Of a DNA stretch of 64,000 bases, positions 23,466-34,411 are shown piece by piece (position 1 is the first letter of the stretch; the number at the start of each line of letters is the position of its first letter). A program made the position numbers and the translations under genes. The stretch is from an uncultured virus (IMG/VR IMGVR_UViG_3300042691_036566) (Duplodnaviria > Heunggongvirae > Uroviricota > Caudoviricetes): positions 62,001-126,000 of the IMG/VR virus record IMGVR_UViG_3300042691_036566, one strand, 5' to 3'. A model generated the notes under the pieces. It saw nothing but the letters and a program-made list of their open reading frames with translations. It was not told the DNA's origin and searched no databases.

Positions 23466-23690
23466 ATGAGTGATAAAGTTGAAAAAGTTCTTGGACATAT
23501 AAAGTGTCTTGAGGTTAAAGAGTTGGATGATGGTTCTGCATATGTCACTTTCGATGCAGATCCAGAGTTTATAAATAACTATCTAGAAACTTTTAATCTT
23601 GAAGAATGGGACCAAAAACATTTTGAAAAAACAATTCAAGATGCGATTAGTGCTAGCGTTTTAAAGGTAAAATCTGAAAAAGGAGAATAA
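23466..23690 (+). CDS. hypothetical protein
   Basis: AGGA RBS; ELDDGSA. Confidence 0.7.
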   Translation: MSDKVEKVLGHIKCLEVKELDDGSAYVTFDADPEFINNYLETFNLEEWDQKHFEKTIQDAISASVLKVKSEKGE

Positions 23691-23691
23691 A

Positions 23692-24249
23692 GTGGAAGTA
23701 CCTGGGATTGAAAATTGGAATGTAATTGACAAATATAAAAATGATCGTCTTACAAAATGGAATAAAGAATTGATCAAGAAAGATTTGAAACAAAAAGCAT
23801 TTCCATATGCAATCCTTATGGAAAATTTTCTTGGAGATTTTAATATTGGTACAGTAATTCGTTCTGCAAATGCGTTTAATGTACGCGCTGTATACTATTT
23901 AGGACGTAAGCATTATGATCGTCGTGGAACTGTTGGAACTCATAATTATACTGATGTAATCCATCTAAATACCCGCGACCAATTGCTCAAGTTAAAAGAG
24001 GAATACGAACTTGTGGCTCTTGAAAATACTGTGCCGTCTGCTACTTCTTTGGTCGATGCCACATATAGCCGTCCTCCTCTATTTATATTGGGCGAAGAAG
24101 GTGTCGGGATCACTCCAGAAACCCTTGAGCTTTGTGAAAAGTTTGTTTATATTCCTCAGTACGGAAGTGTGCGTTCTCTCAATGCTGCTGTGGCTGGTAG
24201 CATTATTATGAATGATTTTGTCACCAAATATAATAATAAAACTATTTAA
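23692..24249 (+). CDS. SpoU/TrmH-family RNA 2'-O-methyltransferase
   Basis: NIGTVIRSANAF, LGEEGVG, IPQYGSVRSLNAAVA. Confidence 0.9.
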   Translation: MEVPGIENWNVIDKYKNDRLTKWNKELIKKDLKQKAFPYAILMENFLGDFNIGTVIRSANAFNVRAVYYLGRKHYDRRGTVGTHNYTDVIHLNTRDQLLKLKEEYELVALENTVPSATSLVDATYSRPPLFILGEEGVGITPETLELCEKFVYIPQYGSVRSLNAAVAGSIIMNDFVTKYNNKTI

Positions 24250-24302
24250 GTATTATTATATGAGCACTTTATTTAAAAAAATACATTTTATGTAGTACCA
24301 TT

Positions 24303-24335
24303 GGGGAAGTCGATTTTTTCGACTTCCCCTTTTTT
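24303..24335 (+). terminator. terminator-like hairpin
   Basis: GGGGAAGTCGA...TCGACTTCCCC + TTTTTT. Confidence 0.75.
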
Positions 24336-24355
24336 ATTCTAAGGACCAAAATCAA

Positions 24356-25690
24356 ATGGCAAAAAAATCAAAAAAAGTTTATGTAATTGATACAAATGTT
24401 TTTTTAAGCGACTTTAATGCAGTATATGCATTTCAAGATAATGATATAGTGGTGCCACTAAAAGTCCTAGAAGAAATCGATAAACACAAAAAACGTCAAG
24501 ACGGAGTTGGCGCAAATGCTCGTCAAGTAATTCGTATTTTTGATGGTCTAAGAGAAAAAGGACAGCTAGACAAAGGTGTTAAAATTGGTAGTCGTAAAGG
24601 CACACTTACTGTAGTAAACTATGGTAAGAGTTTACTCCCTGCAGAAATGTCTATGCAAGATCCAGATAATCAAATTCTTGCTACTGTATTATCCGTTATG
24701 TCGGAAGAAGAGAATATTCCAGCTACCAGCCGCCCTGTGTATCTAGTTTCACAAGATATTAACATGCGAGTTAAAGCAGATGCCCTTGGTATTCTTGCAC
24801 AAGATTATACAACAAATAAAATTGTTGAGATGAAAGAAGAGATTTATACTGGATTTACCTCTCATCTTGTTGACGATCATCTTGTTGATCGTTTTTATAA
24901 CGGAGAAAAAATCTTCCTAGAAGAAAAAGACATCAAGTTACACCCAAATCAGTATGTAATGCTTGTATCAAATGCCAACGAAAAGAAAACCGCCCTATGC
25001 AAGTTCCGTAATTATAACTTTGCATTAACAAAAGTTCGGGAATTTAAGGAAGGCGTATGGGATGTGCGTGCAAAAAACAAAGAGCAACAATTTGCTTTTG
25101 ATCTTCTAATGGATGATAATGTTAAAATAGTGTCTCTTGTAGGTCTTGCTGGGTGTGGTAAGACACTTATTGCTCTTGCATCAGCACTAGAGCAAACTCT
25201 AGCGTCTACAACATATAAGAAAATAATTGTATCCCGTCCAGTGCAACCGATGGGTCGTGATATTGGTTTCTTGCCAGGAACATTAGAAGAAAAAATGGCT
25301 CCTTGGGTTGCTCCAATCCAAGATAACCTTGAGTTCCTTATGGGTGATGATAAAGAGCATCTACAAATGCTTCAAGAAAAGGGTACAATTGAAGTAGAAG
25401 CTCTTACATTTATTCGTGGACGCTCTATTGCAAACGCATTTATTATCATTGATGAAGCGCAGAACTTAACAATGCACGAATTAAAGACTATAATTACAAG
25501 AGTTGGTGAAAATACTAAAATTGTTTTAACAGGTGATATTGAACAGATTGATAGTGCTTTTCTTGATGCGACTAACAATGGTTTAACTTATGCTGTTGAA
25601 AAATTTAAACCATTCGAGCTAACAGGTCATATAACATTGCAAAAAGGTGAACGTTCTGCAGTTGCTACACTAGCTGCATCAGTATTATAG
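24356..25690 (+). CDS. phoH: PIN-PhoH (PhoH2-type) ATPase
   Basis: YVIDTNV PIN; GLAGCGKT; GFLPG; RGRS; IIDEAQN; GDIEQID. Confidence 0.93.
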   Translation: MAKKSKKVYVIDTNVFLSDFNAVYAFQDNDIVVPLKVLEEIDKHKKRQDGVGANARQVIRIFDGLREKGQLDKGVKIGSRKGTLTVVNYGKSLLPAEMSMQDPDNQILATVLSVMSEEENIPATSRPVYLVSQDINMRVKADALGILAQDYTTNKIVEMKEEIYTGFTSHLVDDHLVDRFYNGEKIFLEEKDIKLHPNQYVMLVSNANEKKTALCKFRNYNFALTKVREFKEGVWDVRAKNKEQQFAFDLLMDDNVKIVSLVGLAGCGKTLIALASALEQTLASTTYKKIIVSRPVQPMGRDIGFLPGTLEEKMAPWVAPIQDNLEFLMGDDKEHLQMLQEKGTIEVEALTFIRGRSIANAFIIIDEAQNLTMHELKTIITRVGENTKIVLTGDIEQIDSAFLDATNNGLTYAVEKFKPFELTGHITLQKGERSAVATLAASVL

Positions 25691-25698
25691 GAGAAAAA

Positions 25699-25986
25699 AT
25701 GGAGACAGCTTTAAAGGAAAAAGACTTTGAAAACCCGGATCTAAAATCTACAGTAAAAGTTGATAACGCCCTAAAAGAATTATTCGTAACTTATGTAGGC
25801 AATAAACTACAACCAAAAGATGATAATGTTACAGTCGAGATGATTGTAGATGTTTTAGCAGAAGAATTCCCAGAGTTTGTTTTAGCGTTGGCAGAAGAAA
25901 ATTTTATAAGAGGCTATAAGCAAGCAATTGCTGATGTTGAGTCAGCTGAAGTCAAGAAAAGTAAAAAAGCTAAAAGACGTAAGTAA
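25699..25986 (+). CDS. hypothetical protein
   Basis: AGGAG RBS. Confidence 0.75.
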   Translation: METALKEKDFENPDLKSTVKVDNALKELFVTYVGNKLQPKDDNVTVEMIVDVLAEEFPEFVLALAEENFIRGYKQAIADVESAEVKKSKKAKRRK

Positions 25987-26669
25987 TGACCACACAAAGT
26001 TTTATAAAAAAATCTCACGAAAGAAACCTTCTAGAGAGGAGGGAATATCAATTATTTAATAAGCACTGGATATTAATTGATAGTCCTCTCCCTAGGGAAA
26101 TAAATATGACTAATGTGGTAAGGCAAATTGAAAAATATTTGCCTTACCAATTAGCAAATAATTTAAATAATATCTTCGTAGGAAACTATGATATTCTTTC
26201 TGATCGAGAAGTAGAGTCAATATATTATAATCACGATATATGGATCTCAAATCGACAAGATTCAGAAGAGTTGATGGTATCAACCATCATTCATGAAATT
26301 GCACACTCTCTTGAAGATGCGTATGGTGAAGATATTTATGGTGATTCTGAAATTATAGACGAATTTATCTCTAAGAGAAAAAAACTTCTTTTGTTATTAA
26401 AACAACAAGGTATTGATAGCGATGTAAGAAAAATGATAAATACCTCTTATGATCCAGAACTTGATGAATTTTTCTATAAAAAAGTTGGATACGATTTATT
26501 AAATCGTTTATGTTCTGGATTGTTTGCATCTGCTTATGCTTGTACATCTTTAAGAGAGTATTTTAGTAATGGTTTTGAATGTTATTTTATGAAAGACCAA
26601 GACTATATCAATAGAATAAGCCCTAAATTATGCTCTAAAATAAAGTACTTGACAAAAAATCTGTCGTAG
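25986..26669 (+). CDS. HExxH metallopeptidase
   Basis: IIHEIAH ... Y...LREYFS (third-ligand Glu). Confidence 0.7.
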   Translation: MTTQSFIKKSHERNLLERREYQLFNKHWILIDSPLPREINMTNVVRQIEKYLPYQLANNLNNIFVGNYDILSDREVESIYYNHDIWISNRQDSEELMVSTIIHEIAHSLEDAYGEDIYGDSEIIDEFISKRKKLLLLLKQQGIDSDVRKMINTSYDPELDEFFYKKVGYDLLNRLCSGLFASAYACTSLREYFSNGFECYFMKDQDYINRISPKLCSKIKYLTKNLS

Positions 26670-26677
26670 GTTATAAT
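26649..26677 (+). promoter_or_regulatory. consensus sigma70 promoter
   Basis: TTGACA-17-TATAAT. Confidence 0.9.
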
Positions 26678-26699
26678 AGTCTCAACATTGGAGATTATT

Positions 26700-27473
26700 A
26701 TGTCGCATATTTCATTTTCTGCACTAAAGGTTTGGAACGATTGTCCTTACAAGTTTAAACTCATCTATCAGGATGAAGTTAAGAAATTTTCTGGCTCTGA
26801 ATATACAGCATTTGGAACAGCACTACATGAAGCAGCTGAATTAAAAGTTCAGGACACTTCAGTAAACGAAGTAGAAATTTTCTTAAATAAGTTTGATAGT
26901 GAAATTAAAATTCTGAAAGAAAATTCATCAAAGATAGACGAAAAATTGCTTACGCAAATGCGTAAGCAGGGTGAAGATTTGTCTAAACAAATTCTTCCTG
27001 CATTACAAAATCACTTTGGTGAATTTAAAGTGCTTGCAGCAGAAGAAGATATTTATGAGGTAGTCGAATCAATACCAGAGCTAAATTATTCTTTTAAAGG
27101 TTTTATTGATCTTATTATCCAAACTTCTGATAATAAGATTCATATTATCGATTGGAAAAGTTGTGCTTGGGGTTGGGATGCAAAAAAGAAAAGTGATGCG
27201 ATGACAACGTATCAGCTAACGTTTTATAAGCATTTTTACGCTAAAAAACACAATGTGGATCCAAAAAATATTGAAACTCATTTTGCTCTCTTAAAGAGAA
27301 CTGCGAAAAAAGATAATATTGAAATCTTTAGGGTAACAAGTGGAACAGTAAAAACGCAAAATGCGTTTAAACTTTTGGATAAAGCCTTATATAATATCAA
27401 AGTTGGGATGTATCCAAAAAATAAATTAAACTGTAAAAACTGTGAATTCAAAAATACAGTCGAATGCCCATAA
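26700..27473 (+). CDS. PD-(D/E)XK Cas4/RecB-like exonuclease
   Basis: ISFS..CP, FGTALH, KGFIDL, IIDWKS, QLTFY, CKNC..CP. Confidence 0.88.
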   Translation: MSHISFSALKVWNDCPYKFKLIYQDEVKKFSGSEYTAFGTALHEAAELKVQDTSVNEVEIFLNKFDSEIKILKENSSKIDEKLLTQMRKQGEDLSKQILPALQNHFGEFKVLAAEEDIYEVVESIPELNYSFKGFIDLIIQTSDNKIHIIDWKSCAWGWDAKKKSDAMTTYQLTFYKHFYAKKHNVDPKNIETHFALLKRTAKKDNIEIFRVTSGTVKTQNAFKLLDKALYNIKVGMYPKNKLNCKNCEFKNTVECP

Positions 27474-27481
27474 GGATTAAA

Positions 27482-28462
27482 ATGAAGACAGCTATAGTTA
27501 CAGGAATAACAGGACAAGACGGTTCTTTTTTGGCTGAATTGCTGCTTAAAAACAATTATAAAGTAATTGGTCTAGTAAGAAGATCAGCCATGGAAGATAA
27601 GAAATATTATAATATTAATCATCTTTTAGATGATAAAAATCTAAAAATAGAAAATGGAGATGTAACAGATTCTTCTTCTATTTGGAGACTCGTATCTTGC
27701 TATAAGCCTGATGAATTCTATAATTTAGCTGCACAGTCCCATGTGGCCGCTTCGTTTACTTCTCCAGAAAGCACTTTAGAAATAAATACAACAGGGGTTT
27801 TAAATTGTCTAGAGGCAATTAGAAATCTATCTCCTTCTACAAAATTTTACCAAGCTAGTACAAGTGAAATGTATGGCGATAATAGTGCTGCTCCACAAAA
27901 TGAGCAGACACCATTTTCTCCTGTTTCTCCCTATGCCTGTGCTAAAGTTGCAGCCCATAACCTTGTGGTTAATTACCGCAAGGCTTATGGGCTTTTTTGT
28001 TGTTCTGGTATCCTTTTTAATCACGAAAGTGAAAGACGAGGAGAGCAATTCGTAACAAGAAAAATTACAAAAGCAGCTGCAAGGATTAAACTAGGACTTC
28101 AAAAAGAGTTAAGATTAGGAAATTTAGAAGCAAGAAGAGATTGGGGATACGCTCCTGAATATGTTAAAGGTATGTGGTTGATGTTACAAAATACAGCAGC
28201 TGATGACTTTGTTTTGGGAACTGGAAAAACTTATACAATTAAAGATTTTATTTCTTGCGTTTCTGAAATTGCTGGTTATAATCTAATGGAGTATGTAGTG
28301 ATAGATGATTCATTTAAGAGACCAAGTGAAGTACCACTACTACAAGCCAATCCGGCAAAAGCTAGAAATATTTTAAAATGGAATCCAGCTACAACATTGT
28401 CTCAATTAGCGGAAATAATGTATTTAAATGACTTAGAAAAGGAAACAATAAATGTTAGATAG
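27482..28462 (+). CDS. gmd: GDP-mannose 4,6-dehydratase
   Basis: TGITGQDGS, NLAAQSHV, YQASTSE, SPYACAK, LFNHES, FVTRKI. Confidence 0.95.
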   Translation: MKTAIVTGITGQDGSFLAELLLKNNYKVIGLVRRSAMEDKKYYNINHLLDDKNLKIENGDVTDSSSIWRLVSCYKPDEFYNLAAQSHVAASFTSPESTLEINTTGVLNCLEAIRNLSPSTKFYQASTSEMYGDNSAAPQNEQTPFSPVSPYACAKVAAHNLVVNYRKAYGLFCCSGILFNHESERRGEQFVTRKITKAAARIKLGLQKELRLGNLEARRDWGYAPEYVKGMWLMLQNTAADDFVLGTGKTYTIKDFISCVSEIAGYNLMEYVVIDDSFKRPSEVPLLQANPAKARNILKWNPATTLSQLAEIMYLNDLEKETINVR

Positions 28463-29693
28463 AAAATTAAAAGTATTTGTAATCTCTGATCATCTTTTAG
28501 CTCCTAGCGGAGTTGGAACTCAAACTAATTACATGGTAAATGGTTTGCTAAAGACTGGTAAATATCAATTTTTATGTTTTGGTGGCGCAGTTAAACATAG
28601 TGATTATAGACCAGTAAGATTTCAAGAACACGGAGAAGATTTAACCGTAATTCCAGTTGATGGCTATGGAACACCAGAACAAGTTAGAGCTGCTATTAGA
28701 GATTTTAAGCCTGATGTTATGTGGTTTATGACAGATCCAAGATTTTATGGCTGGTTATGGAATTTTGCTCAAGAAATTAGAGGAAACGTTCCAATGGTTT
28801 ATTACCATGTATGGGACAACTATCCATATCCAAAATTTAATCGTAAATTTTATCTATCAAATGATAAAATTGTAACGATCAGCAAATTAACAAGTGATAT
28901 CGTAAAAACTGTTTCACCAGAAGTTGAAGAAGAATATTTACCCCATGCCGTTAATACTGATTTTTATAAAATTTTAGATGAGTCTTCATATTCTGAATAT
29001 AGAGAAAAAAATAAAACATTATTCTTTTGGACTAATAGAAATGCTAGAAGAAAGATGAGCGGCTCTGTAGTTTGGTGGTTTAAAGAATTTTTAGATATAG
29101 TTGGACACGATAAGGCATTGTTATTAATGCATACGGATCCAAAAGATCCAAATGGACAAGACTTAGAAGCTATTGCAAAAGAAGTTGGATTAAGCAGAGA
29201 AAATTTTGCAATCTCTACTGCAAAAGTTCCTTTGGAGCATATGGCAAAATTTTATAATGCTGCTGATTGCACTATTAACGTAAGTGATGCGGAAGGTTTT
29301 GGTCTTTCCGTTCTAGAGTCTTTGTCTTGCGGAACACCAGTAATTGCTAATAGAACTGGTGGTATGCAGGATCAACTAACAGATGGAAATGAAACCTTTG
29401 GAGTATTAATAGACCCAGTTTCAAGGGCGGTTATTGGTAGTCAAGAAGTTCCGTATATTTATGAAGATAGAATTTCAAAAGAAGACTTTATATCGGCATT
29501 ATTAAAAATTCATAATATGACGAGAGAAGAAAGAAAAGAATTGGGAAGAAGGGGAAGTGAATTTGTGTCAAAGAATTTCAATTTTAAAGATTTTGTTCAA
29601 AGATGGGATAATGTTTTTGAAAAGGTATATGAAAAATATGGATCTTGGGAAACAAGAAAAAACTACAAAGCTTGGAGCATAAAGGAATATTAA
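28452..29693 (+). CDS. GT-B (GT4-like) glycosyltransferase
   Basis: RNARRK; EGFGLSVLESLSCGTPVI. Confidence 0.9.
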   Translation: MLDRKLKVFVISDHLLAPSGVGTQTNYMVNGLLKTGKYQFLCFGGAVKHSDYRPVRFQEHGEDLTVIPVDGYGTPEQVRAAIRDFKPDVMWFMTDPRFYGWLWNFAQEIRGNVPMVYYHVWDNYPYPKFNRKFYLSNDKIVTISKLTSDIVKTVSPEVEEEYLPHAVNTDFYKILDESSYSEYREKNKTLFFWTNRNARRKMSGSVVWWFKEFLDIVGHDKALLLMHTDPKDPNGQDLEAIAKEVGLSRENFAISTAKVPLEHMAKFYNAADCTINVSDAEGFGLSVLESLSCGTPVIANRTGGMQDQLTDGNETFGVLIDPVSRAVIGSQEVPYIYEDRISKEDFISALLKIHNMTREERKELGRRGSEFVSKNFNFKDFVQRWDNVFEKVYEKYGSWETRKNYKAWSIKEY

Positions 29694-29694
29694 T

Positions 29695-31656
29695 ATGAAG
29701 AAAAAAATAGTTATCACAGGACCAGTATTTAGTAGAAGTGGCTATGGAGAGATGGCAAGGTTTGCATTTAGATCTTTAAAAAATACATTAGACTATAATG
29801 ACCTATACATTATCCCTACAAATTGGGGAGGAAACGGAAATATTGCGGATAAAGATGAAGAGACAAGAGAGTTACATAAAATTTGTTTAGAGACCCATAA
29901 TTACATTGCGTCAACAAATAATAATCCAAATTTTGACATATCAGTTCAAATTTCAATTCCAAATGAATGGAAGCCAATAGCAGCTAAAAATATAGGCTAT
30001 ACAGCTGGTATAGAGACAAATAATATCTCCCCAGCATGGCTAAATCCCTCTAATCAAATGGATCAAATTATTGTTATTAGTGAGCACGCAAAGTCTTCAT
30101 TTATTAACACTATATTCTCAGATGACAAGGGCCAGAATTATAAAGTGGAAAAAAGAGTGGATGTTTGCCATTTTCCGGTAAGAGATTTTACTGTATCTCC
30201 AATAGAACTAGACCTTAAACACGATTTTAATTTTTTGTCTGTATGTCAGTGGGGTCCAAGAAAAAATTTAGAGCAAACAATTGTAGGATTTTTAGAAGAA
30301 TTTAAAAACGAAGAAGTTGGACTTGTATTAAAAATTAATATGACAAATGATTCTATCTTAGATAGAGAAACAGTTGATCAAAGATTACAAAATCTATTAT
30401 CTAGCCATAAAGATCGTAAATGTTCTGTTTATTTACTTCATGGGTACTTAACAGAATCTGAAATGGCTAGTTTGTATAGTAATCCAAAAATAAAAGCAAT
30501 AGTATCAACAACGCATGGAGAAGGATTTGGTTTTCCACTATTTGAAGCCACCACAAACGAACTACCTGTTGTAGCAACTGATTGGAGCGGGCATTTAGAT
30601 TTTCTTACAGTGGAAGATGAAGATGGCGCACAGAAAAAATTATTTGCAAAAGTAGACTATGAGTTAAAACCAATTGCTAAAGAGCATGTTTGGCAAGGAG
30701 TTTTAGAAGAGGGAACCAGTTGGGCTTACCCAGTACATAGAAGCTATAAGGCTAAATTAAGAGAAGTTTATAAAGACTATAATAGATTTAAGAGTTGGTC
30801 AAAGAAATTAAATAAAGCAGTCAGAGAGCAATTCACTGAAGAAAAAATGTATACAAGATTTTGTGAATTAGTTACTGGAGAGAAAAATCAAAAAGTTGAA
30901 ATTTCTGATCTTCCAAAAATATCTGTAATTACATCAGTGTACAACGGGGAAGAACATATTAAAGGATTTTTAGAGGACATAACTTCCCAAAGTATTTTTA
31001 AAGAAAAATGTGAACTAATTCTAGTCAACTGTAACTCACCAGAAAATGAAGAAGAAACAATAAATAAATATTTAGAACAGTATCCTGAAAATATTAAATA
31101 CATTAAGCTGGAGAAAGACCCAGGTATTTATGCCGCTTGGAATATTGCAATTAAAGAAGCTTCTGGTGAGTATATTACTAATGCTAATTTAGATGATCGT
31201 AAATTTCCAAATGCTCTTGAAGAATTAGCAAAAAAATTATATACAAGTCCGGAGATTGATGGGGTATATGCAAACAACTTAGTAACTAACAACGCTAATG
31301 AAACATGGGATAAAAATACTGCTAAATCAAATTATCCATCAGAACCATTTAGTGAAGAATCTATGTTAAGAGGAAATCCTTTGCATTGTATGCCAATGTG
31401 GCGTAAATCAATACATGATAAATATGGATATTTTGAAGAAAAATATCGTAGTGCAAGTGATTGGGAAATGTGGCTAAGATGCACTTTTGAAGGTTCTAAG
31501 TTTTTAAAGCTTAACAAAACTTTAGGATTGTATTATTTTAATCCTAAAGGAATGTCAACCAATCAAGATAATAATTCTTGGAAACGAAAAGAAGAAAAAG
31601 AAATCTTCCAAAAATATCTTGCTATTTTCCAAAAAAGGTTGACGCAAGCTGCGTAA
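29695..31656 (+). CDS. bifunctional GT4-like + GT2 glycosyltransferase
   Basis: GEGFGFPLFEA; KISVITSVYN..NANLDDR..SDWEMWLR. Confidence 0.9.
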   Translation: MKKKIVITGPVFSRSGYGEMARFAFRSLKNTLDYNDLYIIPTNWGGNGNIADKDEETRELHKICLETHNYIASTNNNPNFDISVQISIPNEWKPIAAKNIGYTAGIETNNISPAWLNPSNQMDQIIVISEHAKSSFINTIFSDDKGQNYKVEKRVDVCHFPVRDFTVSPIELDLKHDFNFLSVCQWGPRKNLEQTIVGFLEEFKNEEVGLVLKINMTNDSILDRETVDQRLQNLLSSHKDRKCSVYLLHGYLTESEMASLYSNPKIKAIVSTTHGEGFGFPLFEATTNELPVVATDWSGHLDFLTVEDEDGAQKKLFAKVDYELKPIAKEHVWQGVLEEGTSWAYPVHRSYKAKLREVYKDYNRFKSWSKKLNKAVREQFTEEKMYTRFCELVTGEKNQKVEISDLPKISVITSVYNGEEHIKGFLEDITSQSIFKEKCELILVNCNSPENEEETINKYLEQYPENIKYIKLEKDPGIYAAWNIAIKEASGEYITNANLDDRKFPNALEELAKKLYTSPEIDGVYANNLVTNNANETWDKNTAKSNYPSEPFSEESMLRGNPLHCMPMWRKSIHDKYGYFEEKYRSASDWEMWLRCTFEGSKFLKLNKTLGLYYFNPKGMSTNQDNNSWKRKEEKEIFQKYLAIFQKRLTQAA

Positions 31657-32318
31657 TGAAAAAAATAATTTCTTATTCTTTATGGGGAAATAATCCAAAG
31701 TATACAATTGGTGCTATAAAAAATGCAAACCTAGCCGAGAAATTTTATCCCGGCTGGGTTTGTCGTTTTTATTGTTCTAATAATGTTCCAAAAAATATAT
31801 TAGAGGAACTAGAAAAAAACTCAGAAGTAATAGTATGTAACGATAATCCTGATTGGACTTTTACAACAAAAAGATTTCTTCCTATGTCGGAAGATGGTAT
31901 AGAAAGAATAATTTTTCGAGATACAGATTCTAGATTTTCTAAAAGAGAAGTAGATGCCGTTAATGAATGGATAGGCTCAGAAAAATATTTACATATAATG
32001 AAAGATCATCCATATCATGGTAATTTTCCAATATTAGCTGGCATGTTTGGCATAGTTGGTGGGTTAATACCTGACGTAGAAAATTTACTTAATTTAGCTA
32101 AGAACGTCCCAGAGCAATATCACTATGATCAAATTTTTTTACAAAAATATATATGGAATATTTTTAAGAATAATTGCGTAATACACGATGAATTTTTTGT
32201 AAAAAATCCATTTCCAAGCAAAAGAGAAGAATATAATTTTGTTGGAGAACCTTTTAATCATGACGATACTGTATGTGATCCATCCCATAGAGAAATTTTA
32301 AAGGCGGCTATTAAATGA
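31656..32318 (+). CDS. putative GT-A-like glycosyltransferase
   Basis: IISYSLWG..FRDTDSR (DxD)..ILAGMFG..DQIFL. Confidence 0.6.
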   Translation: MKKIISYSLWGNNPKYTIGAIKNANLAEKFYPGWVCRFYCSNNVPKNILEELEKNSEVIVCNDNPDWTFTTKRFLPMSEDGIERIIFRDTDSRFSKREVDAVNEWIGSEKYLHIMKDHPYHGNFPILAGMFGIVGGLIPDVENLLNLAKNVPEQYHYDQIFLQKYIWNIFKNNCVIHDEFFVKNPFPSKREEYNFVGEPFNHDDTVCDPSHREILKAAIK

Positions 32319-32998
32319 AAAATGGTTATTTATTTCATCACCTTGGATTAGGTGATCACATAATTTGTAATGGTATGACAAGAGAATTATTAAAAACATA
32401 TGATACTATCGTGTATCCCGTTAAAAAACATAATTTGTTAAACGTCAAGGCAATGTTCAAAGATCTAGAGGATATAACTATCCTCCCAGTAGACGATGAT
32501 AATGATATGATAAAAAAATATCAGAGAGTATTCCTACCAATAAAAATTGGATGTTTTGAACAGCCTAATTTTATATTACGAAATGAGGATTTTTGTAAAG
32601 CATTTTATAGACAAAGTAATATTGATTATGAAAAAAGATGGGAAAGTTTTTATATTAATAGAGATAAAGAAAAAGAAAACTTACTTAGATCTGAAATAGG
32701 GCATAAATATATATTTGTTCACGATGATATCAGCAGAGGTCTTGTTATAAAAAATAATTTTAAACATAAAATATACCGGCCAAATCATATACTCGGAAAA
32801 GATTCACAAAATAGTATTTTTGATTATATTAAATTGATAGAGGATAGCGAAGAAATACATTGTATGGATAGTTCTTTTGCGGCCATGATTGATCATATCC
32901 CAGAATTAAAAGATAAGCCAAAGTTTATACATAGATATATAAGAAAAAATAATGCAAATCCATATTATAAAAATAATTGGGTAATATTAAATGAGTAA
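32315..32998 (+). CDS. putative GT-B-like transferase
   Basis: HHLGLGDHII..EIHCMDSSF. Confidence 0.55.
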   Translation: MKNGYLFHHLGLGDHIICNGMTRELLKTYDTIVYPVKKHNLLNVKAMFKDLEDITILPVDDDNDMIKKYQRVFLPIKIGCFEQPNFILRNEDFCKAFYRQSNIDYEKRWESFYINRDKEKENLLRSEIGHKYIFVHDDISRGLVIKNNFKHKIYRPNHILGKDSQNSIFDYIKLIEDSEEIHCMDSSFAAMIDHIPELKDKPKFIHRYIRKNNANPYYKNNWVILNE

Positions 32999-33386
32999 AA
33001 TTATCTTTACAAATGGATGTTTTGATATAATACATACTGGGCATATAAGATTATTAGAATACGCTAAAAGCTTAGGAGATTATCTAATAGTCGGCCTAAA
33101 TAGCGATGATAGTATTAAAAGATTAAAGGGTGAGACTAGACCCATAAATAAAGAAAAAGATAGAAAATATATTTTAGAATGTATTAGATTTGTAGACCAG
33201 GTTATAATTTTTGAAGAAGATACACCGTATAAACTTTTACAAAAAATAAAACCACATATTATAGTGAAAGGTGGAGATTACACTAAAGAAGAGGTTGTAG
33301 GAAATGACCTAGCTGAAGTTGTAATTTTTAAATATATAAATGGATATTCAACAACTAACATTATTAAAAATATTGGTAATAGGTGA
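32991..33386 (+). CDS. HldE/RfaE domain II-like adenylyl/cytidylyltransferase
   Basis: TNGCFDIIHTGH, VGLNSD, KGGDY, GYSTT. Confidence 0.88.
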   Translation: MSKIIFTNGCFDIIHTGHIRLLEYAKSLGDYLIVGLNSDDSIKRLKGETRPINKEKDRKYILECIRFVDQVIIFEEDTPYKLLQKIKPHIIVKGGDYTKEEVVGNDLAEVVIFKYINGYSTTNIIKNIGNR

Positions 33387-34113
33387 TTATTGTCAAGATG
33401 TATTTAAGTATGGAAAATGTGAAAGACTAAGCCCGGAAGCACCTGTCCCAGTGTTTTGTTTTGAGAGAGAGATAAAAACAGAAGGTATGTCTGGAAACGT
33501 TTATAAAAACTTGTTAGCGTTAAATGTACAGGCGCATTTAATTGTTTCTAACATGGATACGATTAAAGAAAGATATATTGATAGCAAGTCAAAGCAGCAC
33601 CTATTAAGAGTAGACTATGAAAAACAATCTGAAGAAATTAAAATTCCTAAAGAAAAATTAGATAAATATCATGCAATTATAGTATCTGACTATAATAAAG
33701 GATCTATAAATGAAAACAATATAAGATCCTTATTCAACTTTAGTGGTCCCATTTTCGTTGATTCAAAAAAGCCGGATTTACAAATTTTTGATCGTGAAAA
33801 TGTATTTGTAAAAATAAATCAAGATGAATACAATAGATCTAAATCCCTTCCTCAAAAAAATAGATTAATAGTTACCATGGGAGAAAAAGGCGCTTTATAT
33901 AATGGGAATATATATCCTAGTAAAAAGGTAGACGTATTTGATGTTAGTGGAGCTGGGGATACTTTTATAGCAGCTCTTTGTGTGCAATATTTATTAACTA
34001 ATTCTATATCAGAGGCTATAATATTTGCCAATCTATGCGCCTCCAGTGTTGTTAGTAAATCTGGGACTGCAATTATAAACTTTGAGGATGTTAAAAATGA
34101 CTTACGTTTTTGA
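33340..34113 (+). CDS. HldE/RfaE domain I-like PfkB sugar-phosphate kinase
   Basis: VIGD, RLSPEAPVPV, SDYNKG, DVSGAGDTF. Confidence 0.88.
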   Translation: MDIQQLTLLKILVIGDYCQDVFKYGKCERLSPEAPVPVFCFEREIKTEGMSGNVYKNLLALNVQAHLIVSNMDTIKERYIDSKSKQHLLRVDYEKQSEEIKIPKEKLDKYHAIIVSDYNKGSINENNIRSLFNFSGPIFVDSKKPDLQIFDRENVFVKINQDEYNRSKSLPQKNRLIVTMGEKGALYNGNIYPSKKVDVFDVSGAGDTFIAALCVQYLLTNSISEAIIFANLCASSVVSKSGTAIINFEDVKNDLRF

Positions 34114-34411
34114 TATAGATGGAACAATATGTACTTTAACAAATGGAAAGTACGAAGACGCAAAACCCTTTGTAGATAGGATTGAAAAAATTAACAAACT
34201 TTACGATGAGGGTCATAGGATAGTGATGTATACAGCTAGAGGAATGGATAGATATAATGGAGATGTTGATAGGGCTAATGAAAGATTTTTTTATTTTACT
34301 CTTGAACAATTGAAAAGTTGGGGTTTGAAATTTAGCTACCTAAAGCTAGGTAAGCCAGCCGCCGATTTCTACGTAGATGATAAGGGGTTTAAAGATGTTG
34401 ACTTCTTCTGA
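34097..34411 (+). CDS. minimal HAD phosphatase
   Basis: FDIDGT, YTARG, GKP..YVDD. Confidence 0.85.
   Translation: MTYVFDIDGTICTLTNGKYEDAKPFVDRIEKINKLYDEGHRIVMYTARGMDRYNGDVDRANERFFYFTLEQLKSWGLKFSYLKLGKPAADFYVDDKGFKDVDFF

Noticed and set aside
24260..24295. Leader peptide MSTLFKKIHFM before the hairpin upstream of phoH
   Set aside because: No RBS or antiterminator evident; the hairpin is explained as a terminator
26700..27473. cas4 as evidence of CRISPR-Cas
   Set aside because: Solo Cas4-like nucleases are common in phages; no other cas genes or array
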